64,000 nucleotides of DNA from an uncultured Bacteroidales bacterium (lineage in GTDB: Bacteria; Bacteroidota; Bacteroidia; Bacteroidales; UBA12077), in contig CAZDCZ010000001.1 in assembly GCA_964504155.1 (NCBI GenBank), positions 28,451 to 92,450 of the forward strand, read 5' to 3'. Shown in pieces: positions 24,921 to 34,502 of the stretch. Below the pieces are notes generated by a model, which was not told the origin of the DNA, did no database searches, and was given only the letters and a program-made list of their open reading frames with translations. Position 1 is the first letter of the stretch; each line of letters opens with the position of its first letter. Position numbers and translations under genes: made by a program.

Positions 24921-27083
24921 CTATTTTATCAGTGTCATTTCATCGATTAAATGACTAGCTCCTGCAAATTTATCAATTAAAAACAAGGCATATCTAATAT
25001 CTAATGTAATATTTCTGCACATTTCGGGATCGTACATAATATCACTCATTGTGCCTTCCCAATTTCTATCGAAATTCACACCAATTAATTGTCCTTCGGC
25101 ATTTAAGACCGGACTTCCTGAGTTTCCTCCGGATGTGTGATTTGATGCAATAAAACATACATGCATTTCTCCGTCCTCTCCATACTCTCCATAGTCTTTT
25201 GTGTTATAAAGTTCTTTCAATCTTTCAGGCACATTGTAATCGTATATTTCAGGATTATCTTTATTTATAACTCCTTCTAGAGTAGTATAATAGTTATAAT
25301 CAACTGCATCTTTCGGAACAAATCCATCTACTTTACCATAAGCAACCCGCATCGTAAAATTTGCATCGGGGTAAAACAATTTATCTTCTTGCATTTTGCG
25401 TAATCCTCGAACATAAATGCGATATAAACTATCGAGTTTATCATTTAAAATATAATATTTAGGTTTCACATTATTTTTATATACATTATAAAACTCTTTA
25501 TATAATATATAAGCAGGGTCGTTTAAAATTAAACTAGTATCTTCGATGGTATATGTTCTTAACAAATTATTAATTTTTGAAGAGTCGGCGAAAATAGAAT
25601 TATAAAAAACATTTTCGACATACGAAGAGTAATCTCCACCATACTTATTATTAATAACATTTATTAATTCTGGAAAATATTTTTCATTTACATTCTCTGA
25701 ATATTTAGGTAACAATTTTACACAAATATCTTTGTCGATATTTCTTTCATAATCTTTATAGAAAGCTTCAGAATATTTTAATAAAGAATTCGTTTTATTA
25801 GAAATATCTGTTTCTTTATCTTTATTAGAATACTTTAATAAACCTCCGGTAGATGCGGCAAATTTAACAATCTCAACAGGATAAACCACTTCTAAAAAAT
25901 AATCTCTTGCAACAACAAATTCATTAATGTCTTTATACACATTTTTAAATTCATCGATAATATTCCCATATTCGCTTTGTCTATTTTTATTTTGTGATAC
26001 CCACAATGAAAAATCATTTTCAAGATTTTCCTTTTTTTCTATTGCATTCAATCTTTTTAACCCCCTATTTTCTCCTTGCCAACGCTTCCAAGAATTACTG
26101 GTATAAGCATATTTCGCAGAATATTTAATTCTGGTGCTTATATTTTTCTGCATATATTCGTTCATTATTTTCAAACGAATATCGCGTAAAGCCTTTCTAT
26201 TAGGGTTCTGCACCTCGGTAATTTGTCTAACTCCATCAGATGTTAAAAATTGTTCAGTACTTCCAGGATAACCCATTACCATGGTAAAATCGTTCTTTTT
26301 AACACCTTTTAATGATATTGGCAAATATTTTTTTGGTTTATAAGGGACATTATTTGGAGAATACTCTGCCGGTTTATTATCTTTATTGGCATATATCCTA
26401 AAAATTGAGAAATCTCCGGTATGACGTGGCCACATCCAATTATCTGTATCTCCTCCAAATTTTCCTATAGCCGAAGGAGGTGCCCCTACTAATCGTATAT
26501 CTTTATACACCTCATAAACAAACATATAATATTCGTTTCCATAATAAAATGGTTTAGTTACTGCATCATAGTGAGTTCCTTCAAGTTCTGTTTTCTCAAT
26601 TTTGTCAATATTTTTCTGTATTAACGAATATCTTGCATCTTCAGACATATTATTTTCAACATTCTTCAGAACATCTTTAGTTACATCTTTAATTCTTACA
26701 AGAAAGGTTACTGTTAATTCTCTATTAACTAATTCTTCTGATTTATTCATTGCCCAATAACCATTAGTAAGGTAATCGTGCTCGACCGAACTATGCGATT
26801 GTATAGCTCCGTACCCACAATGATGATTTGTTATTAATAGTCCTTGGTCGGAAATTAACTCTCCGGTACATCCTCTACCAAATATCATTACAGCATCTTT
26901 CAAACTAGCTTTATTAATGCTATAAATATCTTCGGCTGTTAACTTAAACCCTTCTTTTTGCATATCTTTAATATTATACTTCTGCAATAATAAAGGAATC
27001 CACATTCCTTCATCTGCTTTAACATTTTGTAATACCAAACTGCAAAATATACAACTTAAAATAATTACTTTTTTCATTATCAA
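24921..27083 (-). CDS. S46-family dipeptidyl-peptidase (DPP7/DPP11-like), secreted
   Basis: Signal peptide followed by ADEGMW. Catalytic segments TNHHCG and GGNSGSPV. Confidence 0.85.
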   Translation of the reverse strand: MIMKKVIILSCIFCSLVLQNVKADEGMWIPLLLQKYNIKDMQKEGFKLTAEDIYSINKASLKDAVMIFGRGCTGELISDQGLLITNHHCGYGAIQSHSSVEHDYLTNGYWAMNKSEELVNRELTVTFLVRIKDVTKDVLKNVENNMSEDARYSLIQKNIDKIEKTELEGTHYDAVTKPFYYGNEYYMFVYEVYKDIRLVGAPPSAIGKFGGDTDNWMWPRHTGDFSIFRIYANKDNKPAEYSPNNVPYKPKKYLPISLKGVKKNDFTMVMGYPGSTEQFLTSDGVRQITEVQNPNRKALRDIRLKIMNEYMQKNISTRIKYSAKYAYTSNSWKRWQGENRGLKRLNAIEKKENLENDFSLWVSQNKNRQSEYGNIIDEFKNVYKDINEFVVARDYFLEVVYPVEIVKFAASTGGLLKYSNKDKETDISNKTNSLLKYSEAFYKDYERNIDKDICVKLLPKYSENVNEKYFPELINVINNKYGGDYSSYVENVFYNSIFADSSKINNLLRTYTIEDTSLILNDPAYILYKEFYNVYKNNVKPKYYILNDKLDSLYRIYVRGLRKMQEDKLFYPDANFTMRVAYGKVDGFVPKDAVDYNYYTTLEGVINKDNPEIYDYNVPERLKELYNTKDYGEYGEDGEMHVCFIASNHTSGGNSGSPVLNAEGQLIGVNFDRNWEGTMSDIMYDPEMCRNITLDIRYALFLIDKFAGASHLIDEMTLIK

Positions 27084-27140
27084 TAATTTAGTTCTTATTT
27101 ATATTTAATATTTTAGCATTAAATAATATTCACTTATTTA

Positions 27141-27731
27141 TTACTTAATAAATTCATTAAGCTTGCTATAAAGTTTTTGAACCGGAAGTCCCATTACATT
27201 AAAAAAGGAGCCATCTATTTTTTCAACTCCAATATATCCAATCCATTCTTGTATTCCGTATGCTCCAGCCTTATCGAATGGTTCATATTTATCGATATAA
27301 TATCCAATTTCTCTATCGCTTAATTTCGTAAACTGAACCTCGGTTTTTGAATAAAATAATATTTTTTTCGACTTACTTTTTAAACATACTCCCGTATATA
27401 CTTGATGAATATTTCCTGACAATTTTCTTAATGTATCAAAGGCATCTTTTTCGTTCTTTGGTTTTTTTAATACCTTATCATCAAACCACACAATTGTATC
27501 GGCAGCAATTAAAATGGTATTATCATCAATCTCGCCTTGAAACTTGCCAGCTTTCTTTTCGGCCAAGAACAATGGAATTTTTTCACGTTTAAGATAATCG
27601 GGATAAGATTCTTCCTCGCAATAAAGATTATAAATATCAAACTCAATTCCGAGTTCTTTTAAAAGATATTGTCTTCGGGGCGATTGTGATGTCAAAATAA
27701 TTTTATATTTTTTTAAATCTTTAAAAAACAT
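27141..27731 (-). CDS. maf: Maf-like nucleoside-triphosphate pyrophosphatase
   Basis: LTSQSPRRQYLLKELGI..AADTIV..KAGAYGIQ are typical Maf motifs. Confidence 0.85.
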   Translation of the reverse strand: MFFKDLKKYKIILTSQSPRRQYLLKELGIEFDIYNLYCEEESYPDYLKREKIPLFLAEKKAGKFQGEIDDNTILIAADTIVWFDDKVLKKPKNEKDAFDTLRKLSGNIHQVYTGVCLKSKSKKILFYSKTEVQFTKLSDREIGYYIDKYEPFDKAGAYGIQEWIGYIGVEKIDGSFFNVMGLPVQKLYSKLNEFIK

Positions 27732-27733
27732 TT

Positions 27734-28687
27734 CTATACAAATGAATGAATTATTATAAAATTGGCAAGAACAGAATATAATATCCCACTTAACATTATA
27801 CCCTTTGTAAGATTACTTAAAAAATGATAATCGCTTTTCTTCTCGGCACGAAATAATTTATATAATAAAATTATCAATGGAAAAATTAGAAAAATGGTAA
27901 AGTAAATAATAGAAAGTGTATCGTTTAAAAATACTAATAATATATATAATAACGATATTATAGTAAATAAGCCTAGAATGAAAATAATAATTTTTGATTT
28001 TTTTACACCGACAATAATAGGAAGAGTTTTGCTTCCAAAAGCACAATCACCTTCAAAATCTTCAATATCTTTTATTATTTCTCGAATTAATGTTGTTAAG
28101 AAAGCAAAAAATCCAAAAACACATACCCAGTAAAACAAATAACTAAAATCTATTCTATAACTAATTAATATTTCGCTATAAGCAGTATTTAACAATGGCA
28201 TTTCGAAAACAATAACTAAAATAGGAACTAAAGCTGTAAGAATTGCTACAACAATATTTCCGATTAATAATTGTCGTTTATAAGTTGTTGAATAAAACCA
28301 TAAAATTCCGGGAATAAATATAAATAGTAAACTCAAATAAATCTCTCCTATTATATATGATAAATAAATTCCTAATGAAATTCCAATAAGGTTAAGTATA
28401 ACATGCAACAGAATTGCCATTCGTCTGTTAATCTTCGTTCCAACTAATATATTATCAGGGCGATTAACTTTGTCGGTTTTAGTATCGAAATAATCGTTTA
28501 TTACATAACCGGCAGCCGTAATTAAAACAGTAGCAATAACTAATAGCATAAAATTAAAATTACTAAGCTGCAACTCCATATTGTTTACCCTCAGCATGGG
28601 TTTAATAATACAATACCGAATAAGATACTGTGTAAGAATAACTATTAATAGATTTTTGTATCTTACTAAACGTAATAAATTAATCAT
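27734..28687 (-). CDS. UbiA-family prenyltransferase (DGGGP-synthase-like)
   Basis: Polytopic membrane protein with NDYFDTKTDKVNRPDN and a second Asp-rich region (KDIEDFEGD). Confidence 0.7.
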   Translation of the reverse strand: MINLLRLVRYKNLLIVILTQYLIRYCIIKPMLRVNNMELQLSNFNFMLLVIATVLITAAGYVINDYFDTKTDKVNRPDNILVGTKINRRMAILLHVILNLIGISLGIYLSYIIGEIYLSLLFIFIPGILWFYSTTYKRQLLIGNIVVAILTALVPILVIVFEMPLLNTAYSEILISYRIDFSYLFYWVCVFGFFAFLTTLIREIIKDIEDFEGDCAFGSKTLPIIVGVKKSKIIIFILGLFTIISLLYILLVFLNDTLSIIYFTIFLIFPLIILLYKLFRAEKKSDYHFLSNLTKGIMLSGILYSVLANFIIIHSFV

Positions 28688-28705
28688 GATTTAAGTTTAA
28701 AATAA

Positions 28706-29218
28706 TTAATACTCATTTTCTATCCAATTTCCTTGTAATCTCAATACTTGTTCTATTACATCTCTCACACAACCACCACCTCCATTATATGTTGATATAT
28801 ATTTTGATATTGATTTTATTTCTTCAACAGCATCCCCAGGACATGTTGGAAGACCGACAATTTTCATAACCTCGATATCAGGAATATCATCACCCATGTA
28901 CAATATATCTTCGGGTTTTAATTCGTATTTAAAATAGAAATCTTCAAAATCGTCTAATTTATCCATCGAATTTAAGTAAATATCTGTTACTCCTAATTTT
29001 TTAAATCTCTCACGCACTGTTTCAGAGTTTCCTCCACTAATAATAGCTATAGGATATCCTTTTTTTATTGCATATTGAACTATATATCCATCTTTAATAT
29101 TTACAGCTCTAACATACTCTCCATCTGGACTTAAATATAATTTTCCATCAGTAAAAACACCATCAACATCAAAAACAAAAGCTTTTATCTTTTGTAAATC
29201 TTCTTTAAAATTTGCCAT
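28706..29218 (-). CDS. kdsC: KDO-8-phosphate phosphatase (HAD IIIA)
   Basis: FVFDVDGVFTDGKLY..ISGG..YMGDDIPD; about 170 aa. Confidence 0.8.
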   Translation of the reverse strand: MANFKEDLQKIKAFVFDVDGVFTDGKLYLSPDGEYVRAVNIKDGYIVQYAIKKGYPIAIISGGNSETVRERFKKLGVTDIYLNSMDKLDDFEDFYFKYELKPEDILYMGDDIPDIEVMKIVGLPTCPGDAVEEIKSISKYISTYNGGGGCVRDVIEQVLRLQGNWIENEY

Positions 29219-29237
29219 ACTAAAAGTACATTTTTAA

Positions 29238-30011
29238 TTATTTATTTATCTCTTTAATATTCTCGCTAACAAATCTATAAATTTTTTGTAATTCTTTATA
29301 ATTATTTAACATTTCCAGGTGCTTTTTAATAATTATATTATCGTTTCTTAAAGCCGGTCCTGTTTGCATCTCGTTTGGAGTATTATCCATAACTTTCATT
29401 GCTGTTTCTTTAATTAATGGTTTTAAAATATCATACGATATTCCTTCGTCGGATAATAAATTTGAAGAAATATGATACATATGATTAACGAAATTATTTG
29501 CAAATACAGCTGCTAAATGGATTTTTTTTCTTTGATTAGAATTTATGATTGATACATTTTTACATATTTTTTCTGCAAATTGTAATAAAAGATTCTGATT
29601 TGAATTATTATTAGCTTCAATACATATTGGAATATCGCTAAAATCTATTTCTCTTGCTTTACTAAATGTTTGAACAGGATAAAATACTCCATAATTTATT
29701 ATGTAGGGTTCAAAAATATTCATATCAACACTTCCCGCTGTATGGACAAGCAATGAATTACCAAAATTTATTTTACTTATTACATTAATAATATCATCGT
29801 CGTGTACTGCAATAATTATTAAATCGACTGACAAATCGATTTTTTGAAAATCGTCTATTCCTTCAGCATTAATTTCATTTGCTAATTCTTCAGCGGTATT
29901 TCTTGTTCGGCTAATTATTTGTATAATATTATAACCGGCATTATTAATTGCTTTAGCAATATGATAAGCAACATTTCCTGCACCAATAATAGATATTCCA
30001 TTTTTAAACAT
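29238..30011 (-). CDS. Rossmann-fold oxidoreductase-like protein (DUF2520-type)
   Basis: N-terminal IIGAGNVAYH dinucleotide-binding motif. C-terminal TGPALRND segment. Confidence 0.5.
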   Translation of the reverse strand: MFKNGISIIGAGNVAYHIAKAINNAGYNIIQIISRTRNTAEELANEINAEGIDDFQKIDLSVDLIIIAVHDDDIINVISKINFGNSLLVHTAGSVDMNIFEPYIINYGVFYPVQTFSKAREIDFSDIPICIEANNNSNQNLLLQFAEKICKNVSIINSNQRKKIHLAAVFANNFVNHMYHISSNLLSDEGISYDILKPLIKETAMKVMDNTPNEMQTGPALRNDNIIIKKHLEMLNNYKELQKIYRFVSENIKEINK

Positions 30012-30302
30012 AATTATCTCTATTATAATATTAGTTAGTAAAGTTACTTGAATTTGTTTAAATCGTCAAACTAAAATTTATTCAAATAATCACTTACATG
30101 AGAGCTTCTACATTCGAGCGTTAAATATTAAAAACGATTTCTATCGCATAAACAACAAATTGTGTATTTTAAATTATTTATTAATCTCAAATTTAGGAAT
30201 TACTTAATCTTAGAAAATTTATGAACTTTAAGCTCAAGCGCGGCATAATTTTCCGGAATAAGGTAAGTTCGATATAAAATAATATAGTTTAAATAAACAA
30301 AA

Positions 30303-30330
30303 AGTCCGAATTAAATAATTAATTCGGACT
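30303..30330 (-). terminator. Rho-independent terminator of the etf/acd operon
   Basis: AGTCCGAATT / AATTCGGACT stem, followed on the minus strand by TTTTTGTTT. Confidence 0.7.
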
Positions 30331-30351
30331 AGATATAAACATTCAGAAATA

Positions 30352-32055
30352 TTAGTATTTGAATTTTCCTAAATCTTTCTGCTCAAAATTTTCAATATAA
30401 TTTATCTTTTCAATATTTTCGGCTTGCGCCTTTTTAATAAATATTTCAGCAGAATCTATATATTCTTCATTTCTAGATGCATCATTAATCAATAGGTATC
30501 CCATAATAATATTACCTACTAATTCAACTAATCTGCGAGCATGAAAATCGATATATTCTTTATCGTTAATTTCAAGAATATTGTCAGTAATTTTTTCATA
30601 TTCATCAGTCATCTCAATCAAAGTTCTCTTTAAATAATCGAGTTCGGGAAGTATCGGTATTGTTTCATACTCTCTTATTTGACTAAGATATGTTTTTGTT
30701 GTAACACCGCGAATTGCTGCTACAACCTGTAGTTGTGATGTTCCCTCATAAATAGAAGTAATTCTAGCATCTCTATATATTCGTTCTATTGGGAAATCTT
30801 TCATAAATCCTGCTCCACCATGAATTTGCAGCGAATCGTAGGCTATCTGGTTAGAATATTCACTAGCAAACAACTTTAATAAAGGAGTAAAAACATCAGC
30901 TAAACGTTGATATTTTTTCATCTCATTTCGTTCTTCAGGATTTAGTTTTCTTTCGCTTGCAATATGCGAATACACTTTATAAACATCAACAAAACGACAG
31001 GTTTCGTATAATAAAGAACGTTGAGCCTTAACTTTTGCATTCATATTCGAAAGCATTTCGTAAACAGCAGGGAATTCAATAATTGGTTTTCCAAACTGAA
31101 TTCGTTCTTTAGCATATTTTAATCCTTCGCGATAAGCAGCCTCAGAAATACCAACAGACTGAGCTCCAACACCTAAACGGGCAGAATTCATAAGAGACAT
31201 TACGTATTTTATTAAGCCCATTTTTCTACTACCTATTAATTTAGCAGGAGCATCTTTAAATACTAACTCACATGTTGGCGATCCTATGATACCTAGTTTA
31301 TGTTCTATTCTTCTAACACTTAATCCTTGGTCTTTTTTCTCGTAAACAAACAAAGATAGTCCACGTCCATCATTAGTTCCTTCTTCCGAACGAGCCAATA
31401 CTAAAGAAATATCGGCATCCCCATTTGTAATAAATCTTTTAACACCATTAAGCAACCATGTTCCTTTTTCTTCGTTGTAAGTTGCTTTTAATTGAACAGC
31501 TTGCAAATCGCTACCGGCATCTGGTTCTGTAAGATCCATTGCTGCAGTAACTCCTTTATTAAATTGAGGAAGTAATTCTTCTTTTATTTCATCTGAGGCA
31601 AACTCATGAATTGTTTCAGCGCAATCTTGCAAGCCCCAAATATTTGCAAATCCGCCATCGGCCCTCGAGACTAATTCTTCTGCAATAACATAAGGAACCA
31701 TAGAAAAGTTCAAACCTCCATATTTTCGAGGTAAAGACATCCCAATTAATCCGGCTTTTGCTAATACATCAAGATTCTCTTGAGTTCCTCTAGCATATTG
31801 CACTCTATTATTAACTACTTTAGGGCCTTCTGCATCAACAGATTCTGCATTCACATCTATTGTATTTCCACAAATATCTCCGACAATTTCTAATACTTTA
31901 TCGTAACTATCAATAGCGTCTTCATAATCTAAAGGGGCATAATCAAAGTTTTCTTTATCGGCAAAATCTCTCTCTTTAAGAGAAATGATTTTTTTCATCA
32001 AAGGATGATTCAAATGAAACTTCAAATCCTTATTATCTGTATAAAAATTTGCCAT
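30352..32055 (-). CDS. Long-form acyl-CoA dehydrogenase
   Basis: 567 aa. ACAD core (TEPDAGSD, RFITNG, YEGTSQLQ) plus a C-terminal extension. Confidence 0.85.
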   Translation of the reverse strand: MANFYTDNKDLKFHLNHPLMKKIISLKERDFADKENFDYAPLDYEDAIDSYDKVLEIVGDICGNTIDVNAESVDAEGPKVVNNRVQYARGTQENLDVLAKAGLIGMSLPRKYGGLNFSMVPYVIAEELVSRADGGFANIWGLQDCAETIHEFASDEIKEELLPQFNKGVTAAMDLTEPDAGSDLQAVQLKATYNEEKGTWLLNGVKRFITNGDADISLVLARSEEGTNDGRGLSLFVYEKKDQGLSVRRIEHKLGIIGSPTCELVFKDAPAKLIGSRKMGLIKYVMSLMNSARLGVGAQSVGISEAAYREGLKYAKERIQFGKPIIEFPAVYEMLSNMNAKVKAQRSLLYETCRFVDVYKVYSHIASERKLNPEERNEMKKYQRLADVFTPLLKLFASEYSNQIAYDSLQIHGGAGFMKDFPIERIYRDARITSIYEGTSQLQVVAAIRGVTTKTYLSQIREYETIPILPELDYLKRTLIEMTDEYEKITDNILEINDKEYIDFHARRLVELVGNIIMGYLLINDASRNEEYIDSAEIFIKKAQAENIEKINYIENFEQKDLGKFKY

Positions 32056-32107
32056 TATAATAAATTTTAATTTTAATTCTTATTAATTGTATCTTATATA
32101 TTAAATA

Positions 32108-33127
32108 CTATTTAGAATTTTTCTTGTAGTATTTTATCATTTTAGGAATAACTTCTAAAATATCTCCATTTATATTGTAATCAGCAAGTTTATTTATTGG
32201 AGCATCTTTATCTGTATTAATAGAAATTACCATTGCCGATTCTTCCATACCTGCACTATGTTGTATCTGACCGGATATTCCACATGCAATATATAACTTT
32301 GGTCTTACAGTTACTCCTGTTTGTCCAACTTGTCTCTCGTGTTCCACATAACCGGCATCTACAGCAGCTCTTGAAGCTCCAACTTCTCCACCAATAGCAT
32401 CTGCCAATTCGTACAACAATTTAAAATTCTCTTTCGAGCCTACTCCATAACCTCCTGAGACAATAATATTAGCATTCTTAATATTTACTTTACTTTTTTC
32501 AATATGTCTTTCTATTATGCTAACAATAAAATCGCTATCATTAAGGATTTTTTTCGTTTTAATTTTTTTTATTTCGCCTTTATAATTTTCATCAACTATT
32601 TCCTTTTTCATCACACCTTCGCGAACCGTGGCAAGCTGAGGTCGTGTTTCAGGATTTACAATTGTAGCAATAATATTTCCACCAAATGCGGGTCGTATCT
32701 GATAAAGAATATTTTTATATTCTTTATTTACTTTCTTATCTAAATGATCTCCGATTTCAAGACTAGTACAATCTGCCGTTAGTCCACATTTTAATGATGA
32801 TGCAATACGAGGAGCCAAATCACGTCCTACAAATGAAGCACCAAATAAAGCTATTTGAGGTTTTTCTTGCTCAAAGATATTTTTCACAATCGAAAAATGA
32901 GGTAGAGTTAAATATACACTTAAACGATCGTCGTCGCCTAAATGTACTACATCAACACCATAAGCAAAAATTTGTTTCTCTATACCTTTTAAATTATAAC
33001 CAATTAAAATAGCTTCTAACTTACAATTAAGCTTATCAGCTAATGAACGGCCTTTTGTCAACAATTCAAGACTTACATCTGCAACAATACCGTCTTCTAT
33101 TTCGCAATAAACAAATACGTTATTCAT
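32108..33127 (-). CDS. etfA: Electron-transfer flavoprotein alpha subunit
   Basis: SGGYGVGS..ASRAAVDAGY..QVGQTG..Y(I)ACGISGQIQH. Confidence 0.9.
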   Translation of the reverse strand: MNNVFVYCEIEDGIVADVSLELLTKGRSLADKLNCKLEAILIGYNLKGIEKQIFAYGVDVVHLGDDDRLSVYLTLPHFSIVKNIFEQEKPQIALFGASFVGRDLAPRIASSLKCGLTADCTSLEIGDHLDKKVNKEYKNILYQIRPAFGGNIIATIVNPETRPQLATVREGVMKKEIVDENYKGEIKKIKTKKILNDSDFIVSIIERHIEKSKVNIKNANIIVSGGYGVGSKENFKLLYELADAIGGEVGASRAAVDAGYVEHERQVGQTGVTVRPKLYIACGISGQIQHSAGMEESAMVISINTDKDAPINKLADYNINGDILEVIPKMIKYYKKNSK

Positions 33128-33172
33128 TATTTAATTATTTTTAATAATACTAATTAAATTTAACTAAGAAAA

Positions 33173-34045
33173 TTATCCAATAGTATGGTTCTCAATTAAT
33201 TCTCTCATTAAATTATCGATATCCTTATCTTCATCAGAAAACATTTTTGATTCTTTTGCTGTAAAAACAACATTTTCTATTTTCTTAACTTTTGTAGGAG
33301 ATCCGGATAATCCTAAGGCTTCAACATCTGCATTAATATCATCTACACTCCACTCGTTAATAAATAAATACGGACGTTTTTTTTGCAATTGCAAATAATC
33401 TTCAGCTGTTTCCTGAACTTCAGAAGTTGTTCTAGCATGCTTAAATTTCATAAGAAATTTAGCATTTCTCGATCGGCATTCAGGTGCTGAACTATGTACT
33501 GTAATTAAAGCAGGCAGCGTTGATTTAACAACTTCAACTCCTCTTTCTAATCTTCTTTTAACAGATATAGTTTTTTCATCGGCATCGATAATCTCTTCAG
33601 CATATGTTATTTGAGGAAAGTCTAACTTTTCGGCAATTTGAGGTCCCACTTGAGCTGTATCACCATCAATAGCTTGACGTCCGGCAAAAACAATATCACA
33701 ATTTAGTTTTTTAACTGCTAAAGATAAAGCATATGATGTTGCAAGGGTATCTGATCCTGCGAATTTTCTATCGGTTAATAAATATCCATTATCTGCACCT
33801 CGATACATTGCTTCTCGAATAATTTCTGATGCTCTTCCAGGTCCCATTGTTAAAATAGTAATTGTAGAACCTTTATATCTATCTTTTAATCGTAATGCTT
33901 GTTCCAACGCATTCAAATCTTCCGGATTAAATATGGCTGATAATGCACCACGATTAACTGTTCCGTCAGCTTTCATGGCATCTTTCCCTACATTTCTAGT
34001 GTCAGGAACTTGTTTCGCCAATACAACAATTTTAAATCCTTTCAT
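33173..34045 (-). CDS. etfB: Electron-transfer flavoprotein beta subunit
   Basis: KQVPDT..NPEDLNALEQALRLK..GRQAIDGDTAQVGPQIAE. Confidence 0.9.
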   Translation of the reverse strand: MKGFKIVVLAKQVPDTRNVGKDAMKADGTVNRGALSAIFNPEDLNALEQALRLKDRYKGSTITILTMGPGRASEIIREAMYRGADNGYLLTDRKFAGSDTLATSYALSLAVKKLNCDIVFAGRQAIDGDTAQVGPQIAEKLDFPQITYAEEIIDADEKTISVKRRLERGVEVVKSTLPALITVHSSAPECRSRNAKFLMKFKHARTTSEVQETAEDYLQLQKKRPYLFINEWSVDDINADVEALGLSGSPTKVKKIENVVFTAKESKMFSDEDKDIDNLMRELIENHTIG

Positions 34046-34502
34046 TTTTACAATATTTTTAGGCTAGTTTATAAAAACTTTTAAGCTGACAAATATAAAT
34101 ATAAGATTTTTATTAAACAACCTGATATGCTAATTGACAAGCTTTCTAAATAAATAACACTCATAAAATACAATAATTCGTTAAATTCTCGTATCGTGCA
34201 AAGTTATAAAAGTTTAATATTTATCAATTTAAGTATTTTAAAAACTTATCACATCTTCCTACATCTCAGCAAATTAAAAAATATAACCAAAAATAAAACG
34301 GTCGTCTGATAATTTATTGAAATTTTCAAATAGTCATCTAATGACTAACGATTCATTTTTGGTTGTGTTTTAAATTTAATTTGTATAATAATTAAAATAA
34401 TAAGAGTGGATTATATATTTTACAAATAATTATTGTAATTATTTTAATTTTACAAATTATGTAAATAAAATAATAACTCAAAAATAAAACAATATTAACA
34501 TT

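Noticed and set aside
34417-34466. Direct repeats ATTTTACAAAT (two copies) and a near-palindrome TTACAAATAATTATTGTAA upstream of the NRAMP-like gene.
   Set aside because: This is low-complexity A/T sequence, and such matches are expected by chance at this base composition.
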